This document shows, piece after piece, positions 17,549-27,251 of a stretch of 64,000 nt of DNA. A program made the translations under genes and the position numbers. The DNA is from a virus, in the IMG/VR virus record IMGVR_UViG_3300021088_000008, positions 9,219 to 73,218 of that record. The stretch is one strand, 5' to 3'. Below the pieces are notes generated by a model. That model ran no database searches, was not told the origin of the DNA, and was given only the letters and a program-made list of their open reading frames with translations. Position 1 is the first letter of the stretch. The number at the start of each line of letters is the position of its first letter.

Positions 17549-18505
17549 ATGAACGCAAAAACCGGTACCGACAAAACGTGCCCCGCTTGCGGGGCATTGT
17601 TTTATGTGCAGGCCCATCGCGCCACGGGGGCCAAATTCTGTTCAATGAAATGCCTTTGGGCCGGGCGCCGCCCGCGCCCTGGGCCAGAGCTTCCCGTTAC
17701 TCTGGTCTGCGCCAATTGTGGGAAGGAATTTCCTGTTCGACCTTATCGCAAGGATATTGCCAAGTTCTGCTCTCCGCGATGTGGTGCGCTTTTCAGTGGC
17801 GACAAACTAAAAAAGGCGAGAGCAGCAAAGCGAAGGCCAGGCGTAAAAACTTGTTCAAAGTGTAAAATCGAGAAACCGCACTCCGATTTCTGGAAACACT
17901 CCACGAGTTCTGACAGGATGCGCGGCGTCTGTATTCCGTGCCGTCAATCCGTTCACGATCAATGGATGGCTGCAAACCCTGGAAAGAAATTGGAGGCGGA
18001 TCGTCGCTATTATGCAGAACATGCCGTTCAATTGAACGAATCCTCTCGGGCCAAATATGCTGCGAATCCAGAGCCTTTCTCCGAGCGTAACCGGGCGTGG
18101 CGCGCAGCTAACCCAGAAAAGGTAACGGCATCTAATATTCGAAAGCGGGAAAAGCACGGCGATAAGTTGCGCGCTGGAAAGCGTGCGCATTACCGGAAAA
18201 ACAGCGCCATTTATAAAGCCCGAGCCGTTGCAAGGATGAAGCACATTAAGATCGCGACGCCGCCGTGGGCCGACATGGCGAAGATCTTCGCGATCTACGC
18301 CGAGTGCGAGCGCCTGACGAAAGAAACCGGTATTCCGCATCATGTCGACCACATTTACCCGTTGCGGGGAAGAACGATGTGCGGACTCCACGTCGAGGGA
18401 AATCTGCAGATCCTGCACGCCGTTGTAAATCTGAGGAAATCGAATAGAGTTCACGGAGACGATGGGGTGCCAGATTATTCCCTTCCAGGTGAAAATTGTG
18501 TATGA
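17549..18505 (+). CDS. Free-standing HNH homing endonuclease with zinc-finger repeats
   Basis: CPACG..FCSMKC, CANCG..FCSPRC, CSKC..CIPC. C-terminal ATPPWAD..HHVDHIYPLRG..CGLHVEGNLQIL..NLRKSN. Confidence 0.88.
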   Translation: MNAKTGTDKTCPACGALFYVQAHRATGAKFCSMKCLWAGRRPRPGPELPVTLVCANCGKEFPVRPYRKDIAKFCSPRCGALFSGDKLKKARAAKRRPGVKTCSKCKIEKPHSDFWKHSTSSDRMRGVCIPCRQSVHDQWMAANPGKKLEADRRYYAEHAVQLNESSRAKYAANPEPFSERNRAWRAANPEKVTASNIRKREKHGDKLRAGKRAHYRKNSAIYKARAVARMKHIKIATPPWADMAKIFAIYAECERLTKETGIPHHVDHIYPLRGRTMCGLHVEGNLQILHAVVNLRKSNRVHGDDGVPDYSLPGENCV

Positions 18506-18540
18506 AGCCTTCGAGGGCTTCATGACAGAGGGAAGAGATC

Positions 18541-19230
18541 ATGTCGACACTGACGGCCAAGCAGAAGCGAGCGGAGCGTGAGGATCGTCTGCGGGCCGAG
18601 GGCGCCGCGCAGGCCCGGGCCGAAATGGCAGGCACCGCTCCACGCGAATCCAATGGCCCGACATCCGAGCAAATCCAGGCGCTGAATCAGAAGGCGTTCG
18701 CTGATCCTGGCGCCGTTGCGGCCGCCTCCGGGGGTGTCGCGCAGCCCCAGCGCGCTGGCGCAAAGGTAATCGTCGCCTGCAAGATCGGCGTGCCGTACGT
18801 CAACCTGCAGCTTTGCGAGATGATCGAGGTCAACGAGGAGACGCAGACTGGATCACGGAAACGGATGCAGGCTCGGCGGACCGGCTCGGTGGTCCGGCTT
18901 CGCGGCACGGCCTATCCTCGAGGCGCGAAGCCATCGGAATTTCCCGACCCTCCGGTCATGGTCGGCGGCGCCGCGCTCAACTACGGGATCGACAAGGACT
19001 GGTTCGATCAATGGCTTGACCAGAACAAGCGCAGCGCGCTCGTGATGAATGGGTTGATCTTCGCCCACGAAAAAGAGGATATGGTGCGCGGGCAGGCAAC
19101 CGAACAGGCATCCATTTTGAGTGGCCTGGAGCCGATCAATCCGAAGTCGGATCCGCGCATCAGGGCGTTCGCCAAGCCCACCCGGGAAGAGGTCAGCGAT
19201 GTTGAAACCAGACCAAGAAAAGGCGTCTAG
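18541..19230 (+). CDS. Head-associated protein (paralog 1)
   Basis: VIVACKIG..VRLRG..IDKDWFDQWLDQNK..NGLIFA, post-capsid position. Confidence 0.7.
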   Translation: MSTLTAKQKRAEREDRLRAEGAAQARAEMAGTAPRESNGPTSEQIQALNQKAFADPGAVAAASGGVAQPQRAGAKVIVACKIGVPYVNLQLCEMIEVNEETQTGSRKRMQARRTGSVVRLRGTAYPRGAKPSEFPDPPVMVGGAALNYGIDKDWFDQWLDQNKRSALVMNGLIFAHEKEDMVRGQATEQASILSGLEPINPKSDPRIRAFAKPTREEVSDVETRPRKGV

Positions 19231-19555
19231 CGAGGTGCAGCCGGAACGGAAGATGGTGCGCATCGCCTGCCGCATCCCGAACGGTGTCGCAATCCGTCTC
19301 TCGAAAGTGGGTTGGGATGACGGCACAGGCGTCAAGCCGACGGTCCATGATGGTCCCGGCATCCGGCTTAACGGCCCTTCCCCGCTGCACACGGGCGCCG
19401 GCAACACCAGCCCGGAAGATCTTGAGCCCGGGATCACGGACGTCGATGCGGAATGGTGGGGCAAATGGCTGGCGCAGAACAAGCTGAATCCGGCCGTCGA
19501 ACTCAAGCAGATCTTCCTCCTCGAGGAGGACACGAAGCCAAACCCTACGCTGTGA
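19199..19555 (+). CDS. Head-associated protein (paralog 2)
   Basis: VRIACRIPNG..IRLNG..VDAEWWGKWLAQNK..QIF. Confidence 0.7.
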   Translation: MLKPDQEKASSEVQPERKMVRIACRIPNGVAIRLSKVGWDDGTGVKPTVHDGPGIRLNGPSPLHTGAGNTSPEDLEPGITDVDAEWWGKWLAQNKLNPAVELKQIFLLEEDTKPNPTL

Positions 19556-19908
19556 CCTTCGCGGAGACGCTCGCGAAGAGTCAGGAACTGGACCGCGTTC
19601 TGGCGGCGCCTTTGAAGGATGGACGGATGCCTCAGGAGATCGGTGGGAAGCGGTTGGCGGGGGAGCTCGGCGCGATGTTTTCCCAGATCCAACAGGTGGT
19701 GGACAAGGCCAAGCTCGGCGTGGCGGCGGCCGCGTCGGAGTTGATGGAGGAGGTTCGCGGCGTCGAGGCGATTGAGAAGGCAGTGCGATCGGAGACCGCC
19801 GCAGTGCGCGCGTTCAAGGCACAGATGCTCGGCGACAACGCGCTGGCCGGCGAGAACGAGGACAAGGCCGAGCAGGAACCCAAAGTCACCGGTCAGGCTG
19901 CGGAATGA
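19552..19908 (+). CDS. Hypothetical helical protein
   Basis: GTGA and ATGA overlaps with its neighbours. Confidence 0.55.
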   Translation: MTFAETLAKSQELDRVLAAPLKDGRMPQEIGGKRLAGELGAMFSQIQQVVDKAKLGVAAAASELMEEVRGVEAIEKAVRSETAAVRAFKAQMLGDNALAGENEDKAEQEPKVTGQAAE

Positions 19909-20408
19909 CAACGCCAGCGATCACATTCGTTTTCACGGATTGGACCGCGCAATTCGGCGAGTTCTCGGCTGTGAACCCGGTGGCGGCGCAGGCGTGGTTC
20001 AACCGGGCCACCAATTTCTGCAGCAACGATACCTGCAACCCGGCCTATCAGCAGGATCCGACCGGCGGGATACTGACGGGGCTGCTCTACCTGCTGACGG
20101 CACACATTGCCTGGCTCAACGCGCCGCGGGATGCGTTCGGCAATCCGGCAGCGACCGGCCAGCCGGCCCCGCCGATCGTGGGGCGAATCAATACGGCATC
20201 GGAAGGCTCGGTCTCTGTCGGCGCCGATATGGGCGACGCAAATGAGGGCTCCCCGTCGCAGGCCTGGTACATGCAGACGAAGTACGGCAGCGAGTTCTGG
20301 TACGCCAGCGCAACTTACCGGACCGGGTTCTACGTCGCCCAGCCGACGATCCTGCCTGAGAATAGCCTGTTTTTCCCGTATGGACCCCGCTGGCGCGGCG
20401 GATATTGA
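19905..20408 (+). CDS. Head-tail adaptor (DUF4054 family)
   Basis: LLYLLTAHIAWL, VGRINTASEGSVSV and WYMQTKYGSEFW. Confidence 0.85.
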   Translation: MTTPAITFVFTDWTAQFGEFSAVNPVAAQAWFNRATNFCSNDTCNPAYQQDPTGGILTGLLYLLTAHIAWLNAPRDAFGNPAATGQPAPPIVGRINTASEGSVSVGADMGDANEGSPSQAWYMQTKYGSEFWYASATYRTGFYVAQPTILPENSLFFPYGPRWRGGY

Positions 20409-20419
20409 AGGAGACTGAA

Positions 20420-20764
20420 ATGAGAATCGATTGGTCAGTTGCGGATGAATCCATCCGATTTATTCGGTTTCAAGCCACCAACGTGACCTTATCGTTGCGT
20501 GATCTTGACGAGCTTGAAATGTGCACTGCAACCGAAGTTCTAGCCGAAATGCATTTTGGATCTCCAGAGAATCTGTTCTCGGGACTTGATGGCCAGCATA
20601 AGGTCGTGAGATGGGCTTCAATCCACATCCTGTGCAGGAAGCCAAAGGGATACCCTCGACTACAGAGGAATTGGCTGAAATACAGCCTTTCCGACAGCGA
20701 TCAGGTTGTAGATTCCGAGGGAAATCGTGCGCGATGGGATGATGATCAGGTAGCCGCTGCCTAA
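20420..20764 (+). CDS. Hypothetical protein (AT-richer insert)
   Basis: AAGGAG RBS, atypical composition. Confidence 0.5.
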   Translation: MRIDWSVADESIRFIRFQATNVTLSLRDLDELEMCTATEVLAEMHFGSPENLFSGLDGQHKVVRWASIHILCRKPKGYPRLQRNWLKYSLSDSDQVVDSEGNRARWDDDQVAAA

Positions 20765-21298
20765 ATGCCCGTCCGCGGCGGGAACAAATTCCAGGCCCAA
20801 CTGCAGAAGATGGCAGGCGCCGTGACGTCGGCTCAGACCGTCAAGGTCGGATTCCTTGAGAACGCGACCTATCCGAACGGGACCAAAGTCGCGATGGTGG
20901 CCAGCATCCAAGAGTTCGGCGCCCCCCGCGCTGGCATTCCCCCGCGGCCGTTCTTCCGAAACATGATCGCGGCCAAGAGCCATGAATGGGGCCCGGCCGC
21001 TGGCGCGCTGCTGGTCGCCAATGGCTACGATGCCACCGCGACGCTCAACATGGTCGGCGAGGGCATCGCCGGGCAGTTGCGGCAATCGATCGTGGATACG
21101 AATGCACCGCCTCTCAGCCCGGTCACGCTGGTCCTGCGCGAGTTTTTCTGGACGAATCCTTGGGACATTCGTGCTAGAGATGTCGCAGCGGCTCGCGACT
21201 TGGTCGCCCAGGGTCATACGGCTTCGGCCGGCACCTCGACCAAACCTTTGGTCTGGACAGGAATGCTTCTGGGATCGATTGACCACGAAGTGACGTGA
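20765..21298 (+). CDS. Neck / tail-completion protein
   Basis: VKVGFLENATYPNGT..VASIQEFG..IPPRPFFR..KPLVWTG.L..SI. Confidence 0.8.
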   Translation: MPVRGGNKFQAQLQKMAGAVTSAQTVKVGFLENATYPNGTKVAMVASIQEFGAPRAGIPPRPFFRNMIAAKSHEWGPAAGALLVANGYDATATLNMVGEGIAGQLRQSIVDTNAPPLSPVTLVLREFFWTNPWDIRARDVAAARDLVAQGHTASAGTSTKPLVWTGMLLGSIDHEVT

Positions 21299-21319
21299 AC
21301 CCAACCTGAGGAGGGTCCT

Positions 21320-21829
21320 ATGGATCTCGATAGCTTCTATGCCGACTACCGGGCCTTCAAGGCGCGCGTTGCTCCGATGATTGATGATTGGGAGCGGGTG
21401 AATGCGGAACCGGCGATCAGCGCCGAGCTCGCGGCCCAGATCAATGCGCCTCTGCCGCCGAGCAACCCGATGACGCCGCTTGGTGGCGACCACGTGCTGG
21501 CGGCAACGCCAGCCGCGCCGAGCGCCGCGGCTCCGCTGCTGCCCGCCGCACCGACCGTCCGCGGCGAATCAGCGCCCGCGCTCCAGTCCGGCGGCCCGAC
21601 CATCCAGCAGTGGGTTGCGGCCGGCTACAAGGCCAGCGCCTATCCGCCGTCGCCATACGCGTCCCAGAGCTCGCCAGAGGACGTGGCCGCCGCACAGGCT
21701 GCCGAGGTCGAGGCTGCGGCCGCCAAGGCTCCCGCGCCGCCTACCCCGCCGACCGATGAGGCCGCGGCCGCCGCCGCCCTCCAGGCCGAGATCCACAAGC
21801 CGCTTCCGCCGACCTCCGCCGTCGGGTAA
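21320..21829 (+). CDS. Pro/Ala-rich protein
   Basis: GAGGAGG RBS, core GPTIQQWVAAGYKASAYPP. Confidence 0.65.
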   Translation: MDLDSFYADYRAFKARVAPMIDDWERVNAEPAISAELAAQINAPLPPSNPMTPLGGDHVLAATPAAPSAAAPLLPAAPTVRGESAPALQSGGPTIQQWVAAGYKASAYPPSPYASQSSPEDVAAAQAAEVEAAAAKAPAPPTPPTDEAAAAAALQAEIHKPLPPTSAVG

Positions 21830-21875
21830 TTCTGACTGATGACGCCCAAAATCCGACCTGAAGGAGACTGATCGA

Positions 21876-22484
21876 ATGGCCGCCGCATCTCTCACGCTTT
21901 TCTCGTCTATTGGCGATGTCGCAATCCCAAATTTGAGTTCGAAGGGATTCACGTTCGGATCCGGCGGCTCCCTCATGGGTGGAGAGGGCAACATCTACCG
22001 CGAGATTCTCAATCCCGGACGCAATCCCGGCGGTCTAGCGGCCGACAATGTCATTGCGGCTTACCTGCTGTCGGCAAGTTCATTCGACGCCGCCGGCCGA
22101 GGCGTCAATCTTCTCGCGCAGGGCAGCGTTGCCAATAATGCCAATTCCAAAGAGATGAAAATCTATTGGGGATGTACGACGGCGGTGATCGGATCAACCG
22201 TTACCGGCGGCACCGTGATTGCCGATAGTGGAGCATACACGACGGCGGCGGCCGTCGGTTGGTCGCTTGAGGCCAATGTGTTCAAATACGGAAATCCAGG
22301 CTCGAATACCCAGTTGGCGCTGCACATGAGCGCTCAGATTGGTTCCACGGTAGGATCCCTGTTGGTTCCAACGCCTCTGACCACGCCAGAGAATGCCGGC
22401 ATTTTGATCGCGGTGACGGGTAATGCTGCTACAGCATTGACCAACATCGTGCAGTCGTTCTTCGAAGTTAATGCGATGAACTGA
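21876..22484 (+). CDS. Beta-rich putative virion protein
   Basis: AAGGAG RBS, Gly/Ala/Thr-rich beta composition. Confidence 0.65.
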   Translation: MAAASLTLFSSIGDVAIPNLSSKGFTFGSGGSLMGGEGNIYREILNPGRNPGGLAADNVIAAYLLSASSFDAAGRGVNLLAQGSVANNANSKEMKIYWGCTTAVIGSTVTGGTVIADSGAYTTAAAVGWSLEANVFKYGNPGSNTQLALHMSAQIGSTVGSLLVPTPLTTPENAGILIAVTGNAATALTNIVQSFFEVNAMN

Positions 22485-22509
22485 TTCCTGAGATGATGGG
22501 AGGCGGCCG

Positions 22510-23196
22510 GTGAACCTGCATGGTCTGGTCGGTCCCTACGTCGGTTCGGTCAACCCTCTGATCCCTGTCACAGTCCAGATCAGCACCGGGCCCGGCCCGC
22601 AGAACCCAGACGGCAGTCAGGTGCCTTCGTTCGCGACCCCTGGCGCAATCACTGCCTCGGTCTCGGGCGATGTCCTCACCGTCACCAACGTCGCCAGCGG
22701 GGTTCTGCAGCCCGGCCAAACGCTATCCGACGCCGGGGCGCTGCTGCCGACCACCACGATCACGTCTCAGTTGACGGGAACCGCCGGGGGCCTCGGGACG
22801 TACCTCCTCAGCCAGATCCAGCCGGCGCCGATCGCCTCGGAGGCGATGACCACCGCGCTCAATCTGATCGGGCAGGTCCAGCCGATCTCAACGCCGGATT
22901 TGAAGCAGCTCGAGGGGATCAATCTCGGCGGCGTCCATTGGAAAATTTACCTGTCCGGCGAGGTCGATGCTATCGTGCGGCCGGAGCGGAAGGGCGGGGA
23001 CCTCGTCACGATCGGATCCGGTCGACATCAGGGAGTCTGGCTTGTGGTTGGAGTCCTGGAGCAGTGGCCGGATTGGTGCGTCGCAGGAATCGTGCTGCAA
23101 AATGACGCTGTTGTTACCGCGCCAGTTGCTCCGTTCTCGCCTTCGCTGGACTTCTCCGACCCGAGAAATTCACAGTTCTTGCCAGGCATCACATGA
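22510..23196 (+). CDS. Head closure protein with an inserted beta module
   Basis: MNLHGLV..VNP, QVQPIS, R.ERKGGDLV and WLVVGVLEQWPDWC. Confidence 0.75.
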   Translation: MNLHGLVGPYVGSVNPLIPVTVQISTGPGPQNPDGSQVPSFATPGAITASVSGDVLTVTNVASGVLQPGQTLSDAGALLPTTTITSQLTGTAGGLGTYLLSQIQPAPIASEAMTTALNLIGQVQPISTPDLKQLEGINLGGVHWKIYLSGEVDAIVRPERKGGDLVTIGSGRHQGVWLVVGVLEQWPDWCVAGIVLQNDAVVTAPVAPFSPSLDFSDPRNSQFLPGIT

Positions 23197-24734
23197 AGAA
23201 CATTCTCGCAAGCCTCGTGCTCCTCATCCTTTCCGCCGTTCCGGTAATGGCGGACTATCTCGCCAAGGATGCCAACGGCAATATCATCACGCTCAAAGCG
23301 GGGGTTCTTGGTGGCAATGTGCTTCCGTGGGTGTCTCCCGTGGATGGGACCGGAACAGCCTACGGGACGGTCAGCAATCCGTTCGCCGTCGCGCCCGGAA
23401 CCGGCGCGTCATTTCCGGTCACCGGAACATTCTGGCAGGCGACGCAGCCAGTTAGCGCGGCATCGCTTCCGCTACCGGCCGGTGCGGCGACGTCAGCCCT
23501 CCAGAGTTCGACCATCACGGCGCTCGGCTCGCCGTTCCAGGCCGGCGGCAACATTGGTAACACCTCATTCGGGATCTCGGGCACGCTCCCCGCATTCGCT
23601 GCAACGCCGACGTTCAACTGCGGGAGCGGATGTTTCCAGGCGACGCAGCCGATATCAGGAACGGTCACTGCGGCGCAGGCGACCGCAGCCAACCTGAATG
23701 CGACCGTGGTGGGGACCGGAACGTTCGCAGTTCAAGCTGCCCAATCAGGAACATGGAACATCGGCAGCATCACGACTCTGCCGGCATTGGTGGCGGGCTC
23801 GGCGATCGTCGGAAAGGTCGGCATCGACCAAACCACGGTCGGCACGACCAACGGCGTATCGCTTGCCCAGATCGGAGCCAACACAATCTCGACTGGCGCG
23901 GGTGCAACGGGCACCGGAACGCAGCGGGTAGGCGTCGCGCAGGACACCACCACCGTCGCCGGGTCGGCGCCGGGTACCGCAGGAACGCCCTCTGCTAACG
24001 TCGTAACGGTGCAGGGCGCTGCGTCGATGACACCGGTGGCGGTTAACGGAGCATCCAGCAATGCGTCATCTGGCGTGGCGACAAGCTCGACGAACGTCCC
24101 GACGGTCGCTTACAACTATGGATTCAATGGATCAACGTGGGACCCGGCCAAGAGCAAAGCCGCGAGCACGCAGGCGGCATTCACGGATACAGCGATAGTC
24201 GCTGATCCCCGACCTAATAGCGCCGCGACGATTTCCGGCACCACGACGAATCCAACGACAGGCGCCTATACGCTGACGGCGACCACGACCGCATACACTG
24301 CGGGACAATTGATCGCAAACAACGGCACCGCAGGTTCGGTTACGAACCCGAGTTTTTCCATTGCCAACTCGGGAGGTGGCGCCGCTATTCCGAGACTGCG
24401 ATTGATCAGCAACGACACGACATCGACGGCATGGGCTGCGCAGACGGTCCAGGTCGATCTTTGGTCCGCCGCTCCGACATGGACAAATGGCGATAGAGGC
24501 GCATGGTTGCCGCTGACGGGTAGTGCTTCGCATCTCGGGTCATTCACTTGCGTTTTCCCATCTGCCGAATGGGGTGACGGCATCGCGACCGAATGCTCAC
24601 CCGTAGTGGGGAACTTCTCTCTTTCGGCTCTCGCGTCAGGATCAACAATATACGCGTCGTATAAGGCCGTCACCGGATCTGGTGTCACCGGAGCGTCCAA
24701 GACCTTCACACTGATTGCAGAGGAAATGAACTGA
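23193..24734 (+). CDS. Fibre-like protein with a Sec-type signal peptide
   Basis: MKNILASLVLLILSAVPVMA|D. Repeats FWQATQPVS / FQATQPIS, VGKVGIDQTT. Thr/Gly/Ala-rich. Confidence 0.7.
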   Translation: MKNILASLVLLILSAVPVMADYLAKDANGNIITLKAGVLGGNVLPWVSPVDGTGTAYGTVSNPFAVAPGTGASFPVTGTFWQATQPVSAASLPLPAGAATSALQSSTITALGSPFQAGGNIGNTSFGISGTLPAFAATPTFNCGSGCFQATQPISGTVTAAQATAANLNATVVGTGTFAVQAAQSGTWNIGSITTLPALVAGSAIVGKVGIDQTTVGTTNGVSLAQIGANTISTGAGATGTGTQRVGVAQDTTTVAGSAPGTAGTPSANVVTVQGAASMTPVAVNGASSNASSGVATSSTNVPTVAYNYGFNGSTWDPAKSKAASTQAAFTDTAIVADPRPNSAATISGTTTNPTTGAYTLTATTTAYTAGQLIANNGTAGSVTNPSFSIANSGGGAAIPRLRLISNDTTSTAWAAQTVQVDLWSAAPTWTNGDRGAWLPLTGSASHLGSFTCVFPSAEWGDGIATECSPVVGNFSLSALASGSTIYASYKAVTGSGVTGASKTFTLIAEEMN

Positions 24735-25792
24735 TGCGACGACGATCTTTCATCGCAGCAGCACTGGCAGCATCCGCGCTGCTGGCGCTTGGGTGGCTGG
24801 GGTCGGCGGATGCGGTCTCTGGAAGCCGGTTGCTTCTGCTTGGGGGACCCCCTGGATGGGTCCAAAAAGGTGCGATCATTGATGAGGTTTTTACAACTTC
24901 TCAGTATTACCCGCGCCCGATCGCGCAGGAACTAGTCGATACCAGAGCTTCATCCAAATTTCTTACGCCAACGAACGGAGTGCTTGTTTCTATCGGGAAT
25001 AACGTGCTGCCACTTAGCAGCGCTGGTTTGTTGGTTGAACCGTCCGCGACAAATGGCGCGCTTCAGTCTCAAAACTTCTCTGCGACGTGGGCAGGAGCTC
25101 ACAGCGGGATCGCCACGGCAAATGCCACAACGGCACCGGATGGAACTACGACAGCAAGCAAGATTGCTTATGGGTCGGCGACGAACCAAAACTATCTGTT
25201 TGCGCAAGCTCAGACTTACGTCACGTCATCGGGGTATATCGTTTATACTTACGCCAAAGCAGCGGACTACAATTTTCTGGCGCTTGTGACGTTCGACGGA
25301 ACCGACAATTTCGGTGTCATCTATAATTTGAGCACTGGAGCAGTTGTCGGAAATATCACCAACGCGCCGGTAGGAACGATAACGGCAAGCGGCTCGTCCG
25401 CATTAGCAAATGGTTGGTATCTTTGCTGGTTCGCATTCACCGCGACAAATACCGGCTCGGCGTCGTTCGGCATCCAGGCAGGGCCGCAGCAAAGCAACAG
25501 CCAGAATATCAATACCCCCGGCGCTGGGGCGACCGGGAGTGGAATCTATGTTTGGGGTTATCAGAGCATGCTCGGATCGCTGCCATCGTCATACACTCCA
25601 ACCACAACATCGACCGCTCCGCGCGCTGCCGACTCAATCGTCATTCAAAGAACTGGTATCGGGCGCATCGTTTTCACATTCGACAATGGGAGCACGCAGA
25701 CGATCTCTGGCATCAACCCTGCGGCTCAATACACTATCCCGACAAACCTGAACCGCGCGCTGATCACCCGAATAACGGGATATGCATCGTGA
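24734..25792 (+). CDS. Spike/fibre-like protein with a Tat-like signal
   Basis: MRRRSFIAAALAASALLALG. GLLVEPSATN, APDGTTTASKI and PSSYTPTT..RAAD, as seen in phage spike/fibre domains. Confidence 0.7.
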   Translation: MRRRSFIAAALAASALLALGWLGSADAVSGSRLLLLGGPPGWVQKGAIIDEVFTTSQYYPRPIAQELVDTRASSKFLTPTNGVLVSIGNNVLPLSSAGLLVEPSATNGALQSQNFSATWAGAHSGIATANATTAPDGTTTASKIAYGSATNQNYLFAQAQTYVTSSGYIVYTYAKAADYNFLALVTFDGTDNFGVIYNLSTGAVVGNITNAPVGTITASGSSALANGWYLCWFAFTATNTGSASFGIQAGPQQSNSQNINTPGAGATGSGIYVWGYQSMLGSLPSSYTPTTTSTAPRAADSIVIQRTGIGRIVFTFDNGSTQTISGINPAAQYTIPTNLNRALITRITGYAS

Positions 25793-27237
25793 AGTGGGGC
25801 CTAGCTTTATTTATGCTCGCCTTCGCCCAGGACGCGAGCGCTCAATCGATGTCGCTGACGTTTCCGACATCGCTCACGATGGCATCAGGCCTACCGCTGC
25901 CATTCACGGGCGTCACCATATCCGATCCGAATCCAAATGCGACAACGGACACGGTCACGATTTTAATGAGCGGATCGGCTGGAGGAACACTGAGCGGTCC
26001 TGGCTTGACGGGGTCTAACCCCTATACGCTGATCGACGCGCCGGCCAATATCACGGCGGATCTGCAGGCCCTGACATACACCCCTGCGGTCGTTGGAAAC
26101 ACAAATGCGATTTTCGATATCTCGGTGTTTAGCACAGCAATCGCCACCTTGCAGCCTTCGGCGGCAGAGGTACAGATTCAAAATATCAATCTGACCGATG
26201 AGGTACCGTACCCAGCGCCGTCCTGTACGTTTGTCTCGAGAAACTTCAAGGGCGTCAATATTTCCGGGGCGGAAAACACTTACCCGGCAACGTCGCAATT
26301 CAATTATATCTACCCTGCGAATGTGGAACTGGATTACTTCGCATCGAAGGGATTCGGGCTGATTCGCATGCCGGTCCAAATCCGCCGCGTGCAAGAGTTT
26401 TCCTATGGCGACCTTGATCCCATCGGGCGCACCGACGAACCGGCTGTATCCGGGTCGGTGCCGGGAACGCAAACCAACCTATTGGCGATGAAGTCAGTTT
26501 TTGATCACGCATGTGCCGACAACCTCTATGTCGTGATTGATTCGCACGATTACGGTTACATTCAGGATACGAACACCAATACGTCTAGACCGATCGGATC
26601 CGATCCCGAGGCAACAGCGCAGTTCAAGGATTGGTGGATTCGGGTATCGACCAAATTTAGCAATTACCCAAACTTGATCTTTGGGATTATGAATGAACCA
26701 TATGCGCAGACGCCCGGACAGTGGCAAGTGGGCGCGGTCGCGGCCATCAACGGCATTGCGCAGGTAACGACTTCGCGGATGGTGTTCATCCCAGGTACAT
26801 CGTACACAGGTGGACATTCCTGGGTTTCGAGCGGAAACGCTGCAGCATGGGCTGGCTACGTTCCGCCAGCAGGGATGCAAATCGCGTTCGAGATGCACGA
26901 ATATCTTGATAGCGATTTTTCCGGATCGCATGCGGTTTGCGCTGGCAATGGTTCGGCGCCGATGACAGCAGCAACCGCATGGGCACAAGCGAATGGGTTT
27001 AAGATTTGGATCGGAGAAATCGGCTGGTCGCAAGATCCGAGCTGTCCTCCTGACGCCGCAAATCTGATGGGCTATTTCACGGCAAACGAACCCACATATC
27101 TCGGGTGGGCTTACTGGGTTGGCGGCAGTCAGGCGTTCTACGGCTCGTATATGTACACCGTGCAGCCGACCGGCTATCCAACCGGACCGTTTGCGGATAA
27201 GCCGCAGATGTCGGTCCTCATTGGAAATCTGAATTGA
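25789..27237 (+). CDS. GH5 glycoside hydrolase (endoglucanase-like) with signal peptide and N-terminal beta domain
   Basis: GVNISGAE, IDSHDY, acid/base MNEP, HEYLDSDFSG, nucleophile IGEIG, GWAYW. GTG start overlaps the upstream stop. Signal ends ASA|Q. Confidence 0.88.
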   Translation: MKWGLALFMLAFAQDASAQSMSLTFPTSLTMASGLPLPFTGVTISDPNPNATTDTVTILMSGSAGGTLSGPGLTGSNPYTLIDAPANITADLQALTYTPAVVGNTNAIFDISVFSTAIATLQPSAAEVQIQNINLTDEVPYPAPSCTFVSRNFKGVNISGAENTYPATSQFNYIYPANVELDYFASKGFGLIRMPVQIRRVQEFSYGDLDPIGRTDEPAVSGSVPGTQTNLLAMKSVFDHACADNLYVVIDSHDYGYIQDTNTNTSRPIGSDPEATAQFKDWWIRVSTKFSNYPNLIFGIMNEPYAQTPGQWQVGAVAAINGIAQVTTSRMVFIPGTSYTGGHSWVSSGNAAAWAGYVPPAGMQIAFEMHEYLDSDFSGSHAVCAGNGSAPMTAATAWAQANGFKIWIGEIGWSQDPSCPPDAANLMGYFTANEPTYLGWAYWVGGSQAFYGSYMYTVQPTGYPTGPFADKPQMSVLIGNLN

Positions 27238-27251
27238 TCGGAAATTGAAAC

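Noticed and set aside
12419-19911. Long antisense ORFs such as 12419-13441, 12717-13841, 14319-15224 and 18853-19911
   Set aside because: They mirror well-supported + strand genes in GC-rich DNA and have no motifs.
25414-25788. N-terminal 125 aa of the 607-aa ORF call
   Set aside because: Overlaps gene 24734-25792 and reads as shadow sequence. GTG 25789 gives a clean signal peptide.
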